NCBI RefSeq assembly: GCF_001194135.2
Contig: NC_068992.1
Coordinates: 47,864,166 to 47,928,165 of the forward strand
DNA length: 64,000 nucleotides
Source of the DNA: Octopus bimaculoides
Lineage: Eukaryota
Direction: 5' to 3'
The position numbers were made by a program, and so were the translations under genes. The notes below the pieces were generated by a model. The model made no database searches, had not been told where the DNA came from, and was given only the letters and a program-made list of their open reading frames with translations. Positions 51,954 through 64,000 of the stretch are shown here, piece after piece. Every line of letters begins with the position of its first letter. Positions within the stretch are counted from its first letter, which is position 1.

Positions 51954-52956
51954 ATGAAGAATAAGGCAGAATGCTAAATTGGAAGCATGTTTTAATAAAG
52001 ATTTCAAATTGGAAGCAAGTTTTAATAAAGATTTTTAACCGGCTTTCATTGCGAAGCAAATTTTCAAGAAGGAGAATGAAAATGTTTTTTACAAAGAAGT
52101 ACAAAATGAAGAAATTAATATATTAAAAAAAATAATATATAAAAAAATAACTATACCAATACATTATATTGTCTTTGAGCTTTTGAAGTTCAATGGTAGT
52201 TCANNNNNNNNNNNNNNNNNNNNNNNNNNNNNNNNNNNNNNNNNNNNNNNNNNNNNNNNNNNNNNNNNNNNNNNNNNNNNNNNNNNNNNNNNNNNNNNNN
52301 NNNNNNNNNNNNNNNNNNNNNNNNNNNNNNNNNNNNNNNNNNNNNNNNNNNNNNNNNNNNNNNNNNNNNNNNNNNNNNNNNNNNNNNNNNNNNNNNNNNN
52401 NNNNNNNNNNNNNNNNNNNNNNNNNNNNNNNNNNNNNNNNNNNNNNNNNNNNNNNNNNNNNNNNNNNNNNNNNNNNNNNNNNNNNNNNNNNNNNNNNNNN
52501 NNNNNNNNNNNNNNNNNNNNNNNNNNNNNNNNNNNNNNNNNNNNNNNNNNNNNNNNNNNNNNNNNNNNNNNNNNNNNNNNNNNNNNNNNNNNNNNNNNNN
52601 NNNNNNNNNNNNNNNNNNNNNNNNNNNNNNNNNNNNNNNNNNNNNNNNNNNNNNNNNNNNNNNNNNNNNNNNNNNNNNNNNNNNNNNNNNNNNNNNNNNN
52701 NNNNNNNNNNNNNNNNNNNNNNNNNNNNNNNNNNNNNNNNNNNNNNNNNNNNNNNNNNNNNNNNNNNNNNNNNNNNNNNNNNNNNNNNNNNNNNNNNNNN
52801 NNNNNNNNNNNNNATCTTAATGAATAAAAATTCTTCTGATAGAATAAATGGGTTAATAGAAACCAATGTAGCAAAGAACTCAAAATAACTGTGGTTAGCT
52901 CCTGTTTTTAAGGCAGGAACTCCTTGAAATTTTGGGTATTTGAGTATATTTAAGAA

Positions 52957-53048
52957 TTTATTCCCTGATGAGAAGGTTACAATTTTAATATCAAAGATCC
53001 CTATGGATCACACAGGTTGTAATCCTTTGAAACATATGTAGGAATAAA
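52957..53048 (+). ncRNA. Type I hammerhead ribozyme, core intact
   Basis: Helix I TTTATTCC (52957-64) pairs with GGAATAAA (53041-48), 8 bp. Core CTGATGA at 52965-71. Helix II GAAGG/CCTTT plus TTACAA/TTGTAA, with an inner GATCC-CTAT-GGATC hairpin. GAAA at 53029-32. Helix III AC-ATAT-GT. GTA cleavage triplet ends at 53040. Confidence 0.85.
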
Positions 53049-53096
53049 GTATGCAATTATAACATGCATTTTCTCCAATCCTTAAATTCTTAAATA

Positions 53097-53135
<39 letters not shown>

Positions 53136-53676
53136 TTCACATACACACACAAACATTTATCTAGCTATCCATGTGTCTCTTTATCTATCTATCTATCTGT
53201 CTGTCTGTCTATTCATCTACCTATGGTAAGCATGTCTATCTCTATTCTTGGTTCCACAACCATTCTTTGCCATTATTATCCAAACTAATAAAATATTCCT
53301 CTTATACTCCACCACATTCAACTCCTTCTCTATCTCTCTCTCTCTCTCTATCTCCACTTCCACCTACCACCACCCTTTTCCTTTACATGATATATACCTA
53401 CTAAAATCATCTCCTACATCTGACAACATTGTTTTACAACTTTACTTATTCAAATTCCCAAACTTTCCCTCCAAACAAAGATTAAGTAGATCTTTTGGAA
53501 GGGTCCCAACAGACAATCGTCATAGATAGCTGCTTATTGTCTGTAACAGAACACAGAAAATAAAACAGGACTGTGATAATAAAGGAGAATATGCAAATAC
53601 TTCTATATATAAACTAATCGCAAATAAAAACACAATCACCTTTTTTTATTATCATCATTTTATTTTATTTGTTAGT

Positions 53677-53716
<40 letters not shown>

Positions 53717-54564
53717 AATGTATATTCAGCTATAGAGTCGCAGCAATATATTCACCATTGGCCATTGAAATGTAAATAAGTATTGGCTAAGTCTAGCTTT
53801 GTTATTTGTGTAAAGTCAGTTATATTTTAATATGTATTCATAACGTTTATAAATGTTTCTTTTATCAAAATTTTTTTCAAGACTAATTGTAAAAAAAAAA
53901 GTAAATAAATTTTTTTAAAAGTGAAACAAAGTAACTTTTATTTTTTCATTATATATTTTTTTTTCCTGTTGCCGTTTGTGAAACAACATTAAAAAAAAAA
54001 CTTTCTTTTTATTTTTTGTTACGAATTAAAAGAAAATAAGGTTTCACAACTTAATACATTCCTATGAATTAGTTTGAATATTCTACCATAGATCTCGACT
54101 TCTAGAAGATTAATAATGACTTTGGAGATGCATTTAGAATTTAGAAACAGGAACTGCACCAGCAGCAGCAGAAGGAGGAGGAGGAGGAGGAGGAGGCACA
54201 GCCTCAGCAAGAGGTTTCTCTCTTTGAATGGAAAATCAAGAAAGTATTTCTATTGAAGACCAAAGAGCATACATCACAAACAAAATGGTAGAATCAGAAG
54301 AAATTGGTTAGGTAAGATATCAGTAAATAATATTACAATTAATTCAAGCTCAGGAATAAATGTTTTATGCCATGAGGAAGAAAAGAAATCTAATGTCTCA
54401 GGCAAAATTCTTTTTCTAGAGAGACACAGAGAGAGAACATTATCAATGAATTGACCTTCATTTCACTGATTGACCTGCAGACTAATTTGTATACATAACC
54501 ACAATTTAGGATTGCCCACCTCACAATATATAACAATCTAGTTGATACTCAGTAGTCATTGTAT

Positions 54565-54760
54565 ATTGTTGTTGTTGGCACTCTGTCGCTTACGACGTCG
54601 AGGGTTCCAGTTGATCCAATCAACGGAACAGCCTGCCCGTGAAATTAACGTGCAAGTGGCTGAGCACTCCACAGACATGTGTACCCTTAACGTAGTTCTC
54701 GGGGATATTCAGCATGACACAGTGTGACAAGGCTGACCCTTTGAATTACAGGCACAACCC
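54565..54760 (-). mobile_element. SINE family D, 3' part
   Basis: CCAGTTGATCCAATCAACGGAA..GAAATTAA..CCACAGAC..ACCCTTAA..GACAAGGCT, shared with 45175-45320. Confidence 0.75.
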
Positions 54761-55316
54761 ATAAAACAATAACAATGATGATTTCTTTATTTGCCACAAG
54801 GACAATGAATTAGAACACACTACATAGTCAAGTTATTAAAAAAGGGTTAACATGGAATTGATTAAGCAGTATAATGTCCCTAGAATAGGGCTACCAGTTA
54901 AGCATCAATCTAGGAACCCCACAGATCCTAAATTACTTCGACTGAAAAGATAACCCACTCCCAGCTATCAATCCAACTAACAAAAGAATGCTAGGAACAG
55001 GCTTGTTCATATGTACCATAATCACCACTTTCACTCAAATTTCAATAAATTTTACTGGAGAACACTGCTTTCCTTTCCTCTTCACCTTCTTCTCCAAGCA
55101 AAATTTACAATAGAGATTAAAGACATGAAATGCCAACATCATTAAGAATGAATGAAAAGAATTACAATATATAATAATGATTTTACAACATATGATAGCA
55201 AAACAATCATGTATAATATTAAAACATTTTGAAACACTGAAACATCACAAACAGCAAATGTAATAAGAAGCTATGAAATTTTATAACCATGCTCATGCAT
55301 ATATTTTAAAAAGGTG

Positions 55317-55349
<33 letters not shown>

Positions 55350-56341
55350 NNNNNNNNNNNNNNNNNNNNNNNNNNNNNNNNNNNNNNNNNNNNNNNNNNN
55401 NNNNNNNNNNNNNNNNNNNNNNNNNNNNNNNNNNNNNNNNNNNNNNNNNNNNNNNNNNNNNNNNNNNNNNNNNNNNNNNNNNNNNNNNNNNNNNNNNNNN
55501 NNNNNNNNNNNNNNNNNNNNNNNNNNNNNNNNNNNNNNNNNNNNNNNNNNNNNNNNNNNNNNNNNNNNNNNNNNNNNNNNNNNNNNNNNNNNNNNNNNNN
55601 NNNNNNNNNNNNNNNNNNNNNNNNNNNNNNNNNNNNNNNNNNNNNNNNNNNNNNNNNNNNNNNNNNNNNNNNNNNNNNNNNNNNNNNNNNNNNNNNATAT
55701 ATATATATATATATATATAAATCAAACTGAACAATCAGTTCACAAATTATTTCATGAGGTCATCTTACACATGTTTCAGTAAAGATTTTAGCTGGATTAC
55801 GTAGTCTGGGCCAGATAAGTTTTCTAAGTCTTCACTTCATCAGTTTCATGAAAAATTTCTGGTTGGTTGATATGTGTATGTGTGTGTGTGCTTATGTATG
55901 TATGTAGGCATATGATGCATACGTACTCACATGAATTCACAAACGCAAACATACACATTCACGTATATGCATATTATCATCATTTAATGCATGTGCTTGT
56001 GTGTGTGTCTATGAATACTCAAAATGTATAGGGTGAATATATTTTTAGAAATATTATATATACATATTACATTTTATGCAACTAAACTTCATGCTAAATT
56101 GTGCATCATTCAAAGAGATATGATTTAAAGGAAGATTTTCTTTGAAATGCTAGTTTCATGTTATTCTTTATCTATGGTAGCTTGATGGCAATATTCACAT
56201 GTAATAATATGTGAGCAGAAGAAGAGGTCATGTAACTTGTTTATATACACATAACCCATGCCAGCATGGACAACAGGCAGTAAATGATGAAGATGATGAA
56301 GAGTGCACATATAGACATATATATACATACATATATATATA

Positions 56342-56507
56342 AGCACCCACTACACTCTTGGAGTGGTTGGCATTAGGAAGGGCATCCAGCTGTAGAAACT
56401 CTGCCAAATCAGATTGGAGCCTGGTGTCGCCTCCTGGTTCACCAGTCCTCAGTCAAATCGTCCAACCCATGCTAGCATGGAAAGCGGACGTTAAACGATG
56501 ATGATGA
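56342..56507 (+). mobile_element. Family C copy
   Basis: GGAAGGGCATCCAGCTGTAGAAACTCTGCC..CGTTAAACGATGATGAT. Confidence 0.85.
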
Positions 56508-59164
56508 TATATATATATGTATATATATATACTCACACACATGCACACATACACTTATAAATGGTTCAAGGAGTACCCACAATGTGGTGCAATCCTACCA
56601 AGAGTTCGTACAGTGTGACCCACAAATTCTTAGATTGGTTGTATATCTGGTATTTCTCTGGGGTATTGTTTTTTTAGGATACTCAGCAACCAGTTGCAAC
56701 CTGTTACAGTTTGTCAGGAGTATTCCATAGTGTAGAATAGAAGGCTTAGATTGAAGTTGTTCCCATGGTACGAGGAGTGTATGGAAGGGCTTGTCTCCAT
56801 AATACTTTGTAGCAGGGGAGATTAGCTAGCAAGCTGAACAGAGAGGATGGAAGCCACCACTCATTGATTGGCTGTTTGCACAGTGTCCAACATAGGAAGC
56901 ACATACACAATCTTTATTGGTTACAGGAAACCCCTAATATTAAGGAAATTAAGTGAAATAATAAATATTTGCTAAGCATATTTGCTCAATATAGTTTTGT
57001 TGAGAAAAGGTAATTAAATATGCCTATATCTATGAGACACCAGTGCTGAACATGATCTGAATTTTCAGTGATAGGTGTGAAGGGAGAGAGAGGGGGGAGA
57101 AGGGAGAAAGAGAGGGGGAGAGAGAGAGAAATGGTTGATAGGAAGAGTACAAGAGATAGAGGCATATGAAGTAATAGAAAGGGACAGACAGAGAGAACAG
57201 TCGTTCAAATAACCAGTTGTGTTTGCAAGGTGTCCAATAGAGAGATCATACATGCAAAGTTGTGGTAGATAAGGGAGACCTTTAATAATATTAATAGATT
57301 AACAGAAATAAGACGTACACACTTCATTTACAACTTATCACACTTGCTTCCTGTGGCTTCCTTAAGAAATGAGGAATAACATACAACATTTATGAATCGT
57401 CAGAGCTCATCATTGCTGATTATCCGGTGGAATGAATTTCCAGATGAATCACTGGGGAGTGGGGAGAGAGAGAAAGAGAGAGAGAGAGAAGGTGGACAAC
57501 ATGTGATTAGTGCTTTTATTTACACACTAACCAATGGGGAGCATGCACACAATTTTTAGTGTATGTACACACACACACACATATATATATATATCCTGCT
57601 GATTGATATGTTTCTTCTCTTTACCTTTTTTCAAAATACACATACTCTTCAAACCTCAATTACTTCAAATGCAGAAAATATGTAAAAAAAAAAATTAATA
57701 TTTTGACCAGTAAACACTGGGTAGCTGAATTTTACCGGGCTTTTATGTATTTCCTATTTATGATGATGATGATGATGATGATGAAGATAAATAGCTGTAA
57801 ATGGAAAGAGATGGAAGAGGTTGTCAAGAACTATACCTATTTCAAAAGCACATCAGATGTATCGTACATAACATTATAATTATCCTGCAACTGTCCAGGT
57901 GTGCTTTTACCTCAGGTACATATGACTTTTTAGCTGGAAATAGTCTGCTGCAGAGGAGAATGCAAAAACTGGGCTAGTAGAAAAAACATTTTAAAAACGA
58001 GAGTGGAGATCAGACTCAGCAAAAGAACCAATGGTAGGCTTTAGTCACTAATTACCTTAGCAATATAGATAATATCTTTAATATGCATTTTGATATGCTT
58101 AGTATGCATACACCTACATAGTTTTTCTCTCTCCTTTCTTATATGTGTGAGTGTAGACCAGTATATCTATGGGTGTATACATACAAATAACCTTAAACTG
58201 TCGCCTTATTTTGTCATTTTTCTTTATATGCTTTTCGTCATATGAGCTTTTATCAATCATTTTTTTATCAATACTATCATTGAACCCATGTATCTATTAA
58301 TGAGATTATAATCTACTGTACCTGCTACAAAAATTTGTGTATGATAACAAAACGAAACCAAACCCCTATCTATCTCACTAAGACAATCAGTGAGTAAAGC
58401 ACACCATTGTTTCTTTACAAATATCATTCTTTAATTTCAAATTTATTTCTGCTAGCCAATTTTTGGCTGTCTCCTCTGCAGCAGACAAAAAATTTTATGT
58501 ACCTTTACAAAAAAGCACACCTGGATATATACAGAACACATGCACTGTTACATAAAATACATTTCATGTGCTTTTGAAACGGTTGTAGTACTTAATAACC
58601 TCTTATATGCGTTTCATTTACAGATTTGATTACTGCATGATAAGTAATGGTTGTTGCTTTTGAAATGGAGTAGTATAGCCCCTGTCATCTTATCAAAATT
58701 TTCTGTCTAATCTTGATATGGGATGAACTGTCTTTGATGCATTGATTAATAAACTTTATCGATCACTTATTGAGCCATCTGTGCTTTCTATACAAGCCAG
58801 GTTTATGCTGGAGACTAACAAACTACATTTTACCATGATCACTAAACCAATCATAAACATTATGTGTGCATGTCTGTGTATGTATGTATGTAAATATATT
58901 TATGAGAATATAAATAAATGTATGTATATATGCATGTATATATATGTATATATATAACATATGTTTATAACTAAACTAGTACTTTTATGTGTTACACAAT
59001 CATCAGGTTTATGTAGTGACAGACATGTTCCACAATTGACAACATATATGTGTACGTGGATGTATACTTTTGCATATATTTGTATATATATATGTGTGTG
59101 TGTATATGTATATGAATATATATATATATGCATGTATACATATATGTATATTTGCATATACACA

Positions 59165-59666
59165 CACATGTCAGAAGTAATAAACACCCCATAAAACATC
59201 ATTTTCTGTTTATTCTAACTTGTAAAGGTTTATATTTCTTATTAATTGACATTTTTATGTTTCAGATTCTATGTGTGACTGTTTAATCATGCCATGTACA
59301 AAAGAAGCCTTGGAACCGTCTGAATTTCAAAGAGGCTGTATTGTGGGTCATTCTAAAGGTGGACATAGTCAGAGTAAAATTGCAGAAAACCTTGGGGTCC
59401 TGCTTTCTAAAGGATTTTGTCTTCTACTTCTTCCCCACCAGAGAGGGGAAGGAATCCACATCACCTTGTCTAGATCAACCAGGGCCCTCTGACAGGACAC
59501 TTCTCTTTGCTGAGAGAAGTGTGGAGGATGATCTTCATTGCAAGGCCACTGACATAGCAGAGCAAGTAGATGTCAGAGCAAGTAGATGTCAGAGCAAGTA
59601 GATGTCAGTCCCAGAACAGCTGTCAGGTATCTCCACAAATTTGATTACTATGGCAGAGCAGGAAGA
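59165..59666 (+). mobile_element. Tc1-type transposase N-terminal relic
   Basis: ATG at 59289, MPCTKEALEPSEFQRGCIVGHSKGGHSQSKIAENLG; then PGPSDRTLL..VEDD..ATDIAEQVDVSPRTAVRYLHKFDYYGR. Frameshifted. Confidence 0.7.
59558..59605. repeat. 3 x 16 bp tandem repeat inside the Tc1 relic
   Basis: CAGAGCAAGTAGATGT three times; frameshifts the transposase. Confidence 0.95.
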
Positions 59667-59965
59667 CACCTGTGCACCATCAGAAAAGTCAGCAAATTGG
59701 ATCAATATATTCCTCAGAAACTTTCCACATCTAATCACATGCAGAGAATGAATGCGTGCTCTTCTTTGCTGTCACATCTCACGAATAAACCCTTTTTGGA
59801 CCGAATAGTGACTGGTGATGAGAAATGGGTTCTCTATAAAAATGTCAAGCACCAAACACAGTGGGTAAGGAAAGAAGAAACATTGGCACCACAAGCTAAA
59901 GGTCTTCACCCATATAAGATGTTGTTATCTGTTTCATGTGATATGAAAGGTTTAGTCCATTTGGA
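59667..59965 (+). mobile_element. Mariner-type transposase central relic
   Basis: HLCTIRKVSKLDQYIPQKL..QRMNACSSLL..PFLDRIVTGDEKWVLYKN..LHPYKMLLSVSCDMKG contains WVPHEL-, TGDEKW- and HP.K-like mariner motifs. Truncated before the second D. Confidence 0.85.
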
Positions 59966-60483
59966 TAGAAAAAGGTGAATAAAATTTCTAAAATACATAT
60001 TACGTTAGAGGAAGAAGGACAACAAAAACCAAGTCAGAATGAGTATCTCAAGTCATTTAGAATATTTAATTAAGGTGAGGTGAATTTGAATATATACCTC
60101 CTAACTCAGAGGCCTACTACGGGTCCCTAGTTCCAGCCTCAGCTGTGAACTTGGAACTTACTCGGCATACCTATTTGTTTAGATCACCAATGAATTAAAC
60201 TCATCATATTCTATATGGGTGTGTGTATGTATATACATGGGTGTGTGTGTGTTTATATATACATGGGTGCGTGCGTGTGTGTGTGCATATATTTATGTGT
60301 GCACGTGTGAGTGTGTATGAATGTATGTGTGCATTTATATACATAAATGGGAAGAAGGAGAGATGCATATGTATGTGCATAAAATAGACATTTAGATATG
60401 TAGGTATATACCCAACAAGCTTGTGATCTTCAGAAATTTTAACACTTAAATGCTAACATACTTATGGGAACATTTTGTGTGTA

Positions 60484-60529
<46 letters not shown>

Positions 60530-61306
60530 AATTTATATATATTTGTGTGTGTGCAAAATCAAATTATCAGAAAATATTCATTATAATTATGTAATATCTC
60601 ACATCTTCATATAACACAAATCATTACTGATAATTATGGCTTAGTTCCTGCAAACATCTTTAACTGAAAGACGAAGCTTTCCAAGACAGAAAATTGCAGA
60701 AGAAACAAAATCTAACTATGCCATCTCCAAAACCAGCGCTCTCAGGGATACCACCACCACCACCACCACCATCATTACCCTCCATATAAATGCCAACATG
60801 CTAAGAATATTCTAAGGAAAAACAAAATGTTAAAAATCCATAAATATATATATACATATATGTGTGTGTATGTGTGTGTATAAATCAATAAGAATACAAA
60901 TAATTTTGAAAACATACACTAAAGTATAGAGTAGATATACCACCACCACTGCCAAAAAGAAAATTAATAAAATTTATTAAAAAAAAATGAAAAATATATT
61001 CATGAAGGTAAAACTGATTTGATGAAAAGCTTAAAATATTTAGGAATTTCAGTGTGCCAGGAAAAATAGTTTTCATGTGACAGGGATTATATATACATAA
61101 ATGCACATGCACACGCACACATACATGTATATATATATTCTTGTGTGCATGTACACAGACACAATCACATTCATTTATATACATGCATAATATATACACA
61201 TGCACACACATTTATATACATACACATACATATGAATATATACATGCACATACACAAGTATACATGTATACACTCATATATACACATATGTATATGCACA
61301 ATCATA

Positions 61307-61394
<88 letters not shown>

Positions 61395-61445
61395 CGTATG
61401 CATATAAAATATATACATATATATATGTTTATATAAGTGCATAAC

Positions 61446-61482
<37 letters not shown>

Positions 61483-61486
61483 TATT

Positions 61487-61520
<34 letters not shown>

Positions 61521-61626
61521 AAGAAGAATTATTGCTGTTATTAATAGTATTAATAACGTAATATACCCTGCTGAATCAATATATATGCATATATATATAT
61601 ATTTGGCAATATATACATATATATAT

Positions 61627-62062
61627 ATTATCATCATTTAATGTCCATTCTCTACGCTGGCAGGAGTTGACGGTTTGACAGGAATGGCCAGCTGGAGAGC
61701 TGCCCAGGTTCCATTTGTCTATTTTGGCATGGTTTTTGTGGCTGGATACCCTTCCCAATTCCAACCACTTTACAGAGTGGACTGGGTACTCTTAACAAGG
61801 CACCGGTACTGGCACTTTTACATGGTACCAGCACACACACATACCTAAACTATATATACATCATCATCATCATCATTTAACGTCCGTTTTTCATGCTGGC
61901 ATGGGTTGGATGGTTTGACAGAAGCTGACCAGCTGAAGGGCTGTTCAGTCCCCATGTCTGTTTTGGCATGATTTCTATGGCTGCATACCCTTCCTAACAC
62001 CAACCACTTTACTGGACACTATTACACAGCACTGGCATGAGAGCTTTTTACATGGCGCCAGC
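61627..62062 (-). mobile_element. Two adjacent family C copies
   Basis: 61627-61832 and 61860-62062, each beginning CATCATTTAA(T/C)GTCC on the plus strand. Confidence 0.75.
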
Positions 62063-62163
62063 ACTTATGAGTTCACAAGATTAGGGATGCTCAGCTGGAG
62101 AGAGTTGCAAGGATGAGCCTCTATGCCTGATGTGTCTTTTCTCTCTCTGTTTATTTTCTCATG

Positions 62164-62292
62164 TTCCTTTCTGCTGAAGAGCATAGGCTCAAAACATAAA
62201 AGAATTTCTCACCTTCCTGAGCATCAAACTAATACACCTGCTTGTTGTTTATACACCTGTCTTCAACTTTTGTTTTTCTGTAAATTTCAACT
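62164..62292 (+). mobile_element. Family H repeat, copy 4
   Basis: TCCTTT-CTGCTGA-A-GAGC-ATAG-GCTC-AAAA-CATA-AAAG plus the shared tail AAACTAATACACCTGCTTGTTGTTT. Confidence 0.7.
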
Positions 62293-62302
62293 ATATATAT
62301 AC

Positions 62303-62375
<73 letters not shown>

Positions 62376-62774
62376 ACAGGTTTCTTTCAGTTTCCGTCTA
62401 CCAAATCCACTCACAAGGCTTTGATATATATACTGCTATATGTACCTGTACCCATGTATATATGTTTCACTATATATGTATTTGTGTAGGTATATATAAA
62501 CCATAATTGTATGGAATATGGGCCCTAAATATTGATGATGATGATGTGTGTGTGGGGGGTTTACTTTGAGCCTATGTGTATATGTTAAAAAAAAAACAAA
62601 TCTACAACATAATTAACATGCAACACATATGTACATAGCATGTAAGTAAACTAACACATCTGAAAATTTTACAAATTAGGTGCTACAACATTCCAGTATA
62701 TATATATTGTATAGATCTGTATGCAAATCTATATAGATCTATATGTATATACACTGATATATGTACATATATGA

Positions 62775-63180
62775 ATCATCATCCTCATCGCCACCGTCAT
62801 CCTCTTCATTATGATATTTCTTTCCCAAGCTGGCATGAGCTTGAGAGGTCTTCTCCAGCACAGCATCCTCATCCATTTTTCCTATCCTTTATCATCAATC
62901 TCTGTGATGTTTAAGCTTTTGAGATCAGGCTTCACTGCTCTTTCCCCGTGTCTTCTTGTAGTACGGTCTTTATTCTTTACCTAACTGTCAGCAACCACCC
63001 ACATCACATGTTCCAATCAGTGTTGCCTTCTTCTCTCTCATAGACAGCATCTGCTTCTTCTTAAATCAAAGTTTTTTTTTCTCAATTCAATTGTGCTCAT
63101 TTGTTTATGTATGCTAACAACACATACCCAGCAGAGCAGGCTTGCGACATTTCTTTCTAGCCCAGGCATATCAGCTACAT
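62775..63180 (-). mobile_element. RTE LINE 3' end relic with (GAT)-like tail
   Basis: Minus strand ADMPGLERNVASLLCWVC..ELRKK..; ends CATGCCAGCTTGGGAAAG plus a GATGAT tail similar to family C. Confidence 0.65.
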
Positions 63181-63188
63181 TATAATAT

Positions 63189-63223
<35 letters not shown>

Positions 63224-63564
63224 TACATGCACAAAATAAGTGAATGGATTGTTAATATTGGTGAATGGTTGTAATAGTAATGTGTGTTGTTGACTACCTT
63301 ATTTGGTTGGATCATTTTTTCTTCTGTCTTCTCACTGAACACACATACATCATCTTCAATGAGAGAGTCCATCATATATACACATACATTTATATATATA
63401 ATATGGATTAACTGAATGACAATGCAACAAGAACTGCGTAATCAACTTCATTAGCTTACCGTTGTTTCTGCTATATGAAGCAGTATAGTTGCAAAATGAA
63501 CATTTCAGGTACTCAGTATTATACTATGTACATCAGGTTCTAATCTGATTTAGTATTGCTTCTA

Positions 63565-63815
63565 CAACTGGATGCCCTTCCTAACACCAACCACTCCAAG
63601 AGTATAGTAGGTGCTTTTTGCGTGCCACTGGCATGGGTGCCAGTTACGTGACACCAAGATCAGCCACGGTTATGATTTCACTTGGCTTGATGAGTTTTCT
63701 CAAGCACAGCATATCACCAAAGGCCTCGGTCATTTATCATTGACTCAATAAGGCCCAATATTTGAAGGGTGCTTTTTATGTGCCACCAGCACAGGTGCCT
63801 GTTACATGACATTGG
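63565..63815 (-). mobile_element. Family C copy, internal part
   Basis: CTGGATGCCCTTCCTAACACCAACCACTCC..GTGCCAGTTACGTGACACC. Confidence 0.75.
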
Positions 63816-63948
63816 CAAACACACACACACACACACATATATATATGTATCTATGTACAAATATATTTGTATATATATATATGTGTGTATATATGTATAT
63901 ATGTTTGTGTGTATGTATGTATGTATGTATGTACGATGCATGGCTGGA

Positions 63949-64000
<52 letters not shown>

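Noticed and set aside
55805-55850. Minus-strand CTGATGA..GAAA
   Set aside because: No helix I or helix II pairing.
56570-56930. Possible CR1/L2 LINE C-terminal relic on the minus strand
   Set aside because: Motif similarity is too weak to support by eye.

Overview
AT-rich, repeat-dominated eukaryotic DNA with about 16 N-gaps, mostly abutting microsatellites. The SINE families and the (TA)n/(CA)n/(ATT)n load look like a coleoid cephalopod, probably octopus, scaffold (inference). No host gene can be confidently supported; nearly all supplied ORFs are microsatellite or N artefacts. Recognisable content: five dispersed SINE-like families; relics of RTE, Penelope-like (PLE) and CRE-like retroelements; a Helitron helicase relic; an internally deleted DD37D (maT) element; an in-frame Tc1/mariner chimera; hAT- and piggyBac-type MITEs; and minisatellites. 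The most notable signal is a set of type I hammerhead ribozyme (HHR) folds. One at 52957-53048 has an intact catalytic core and an unusually long, branched helix II. A decayed one lies at 18442-18498, and a four-copy dispersed family carries a variant HHR-like core. HHRs are known from PLE termini, so the class is not new, but these instances and the variant family are testable candidates. All folds and alignments were done by eye.
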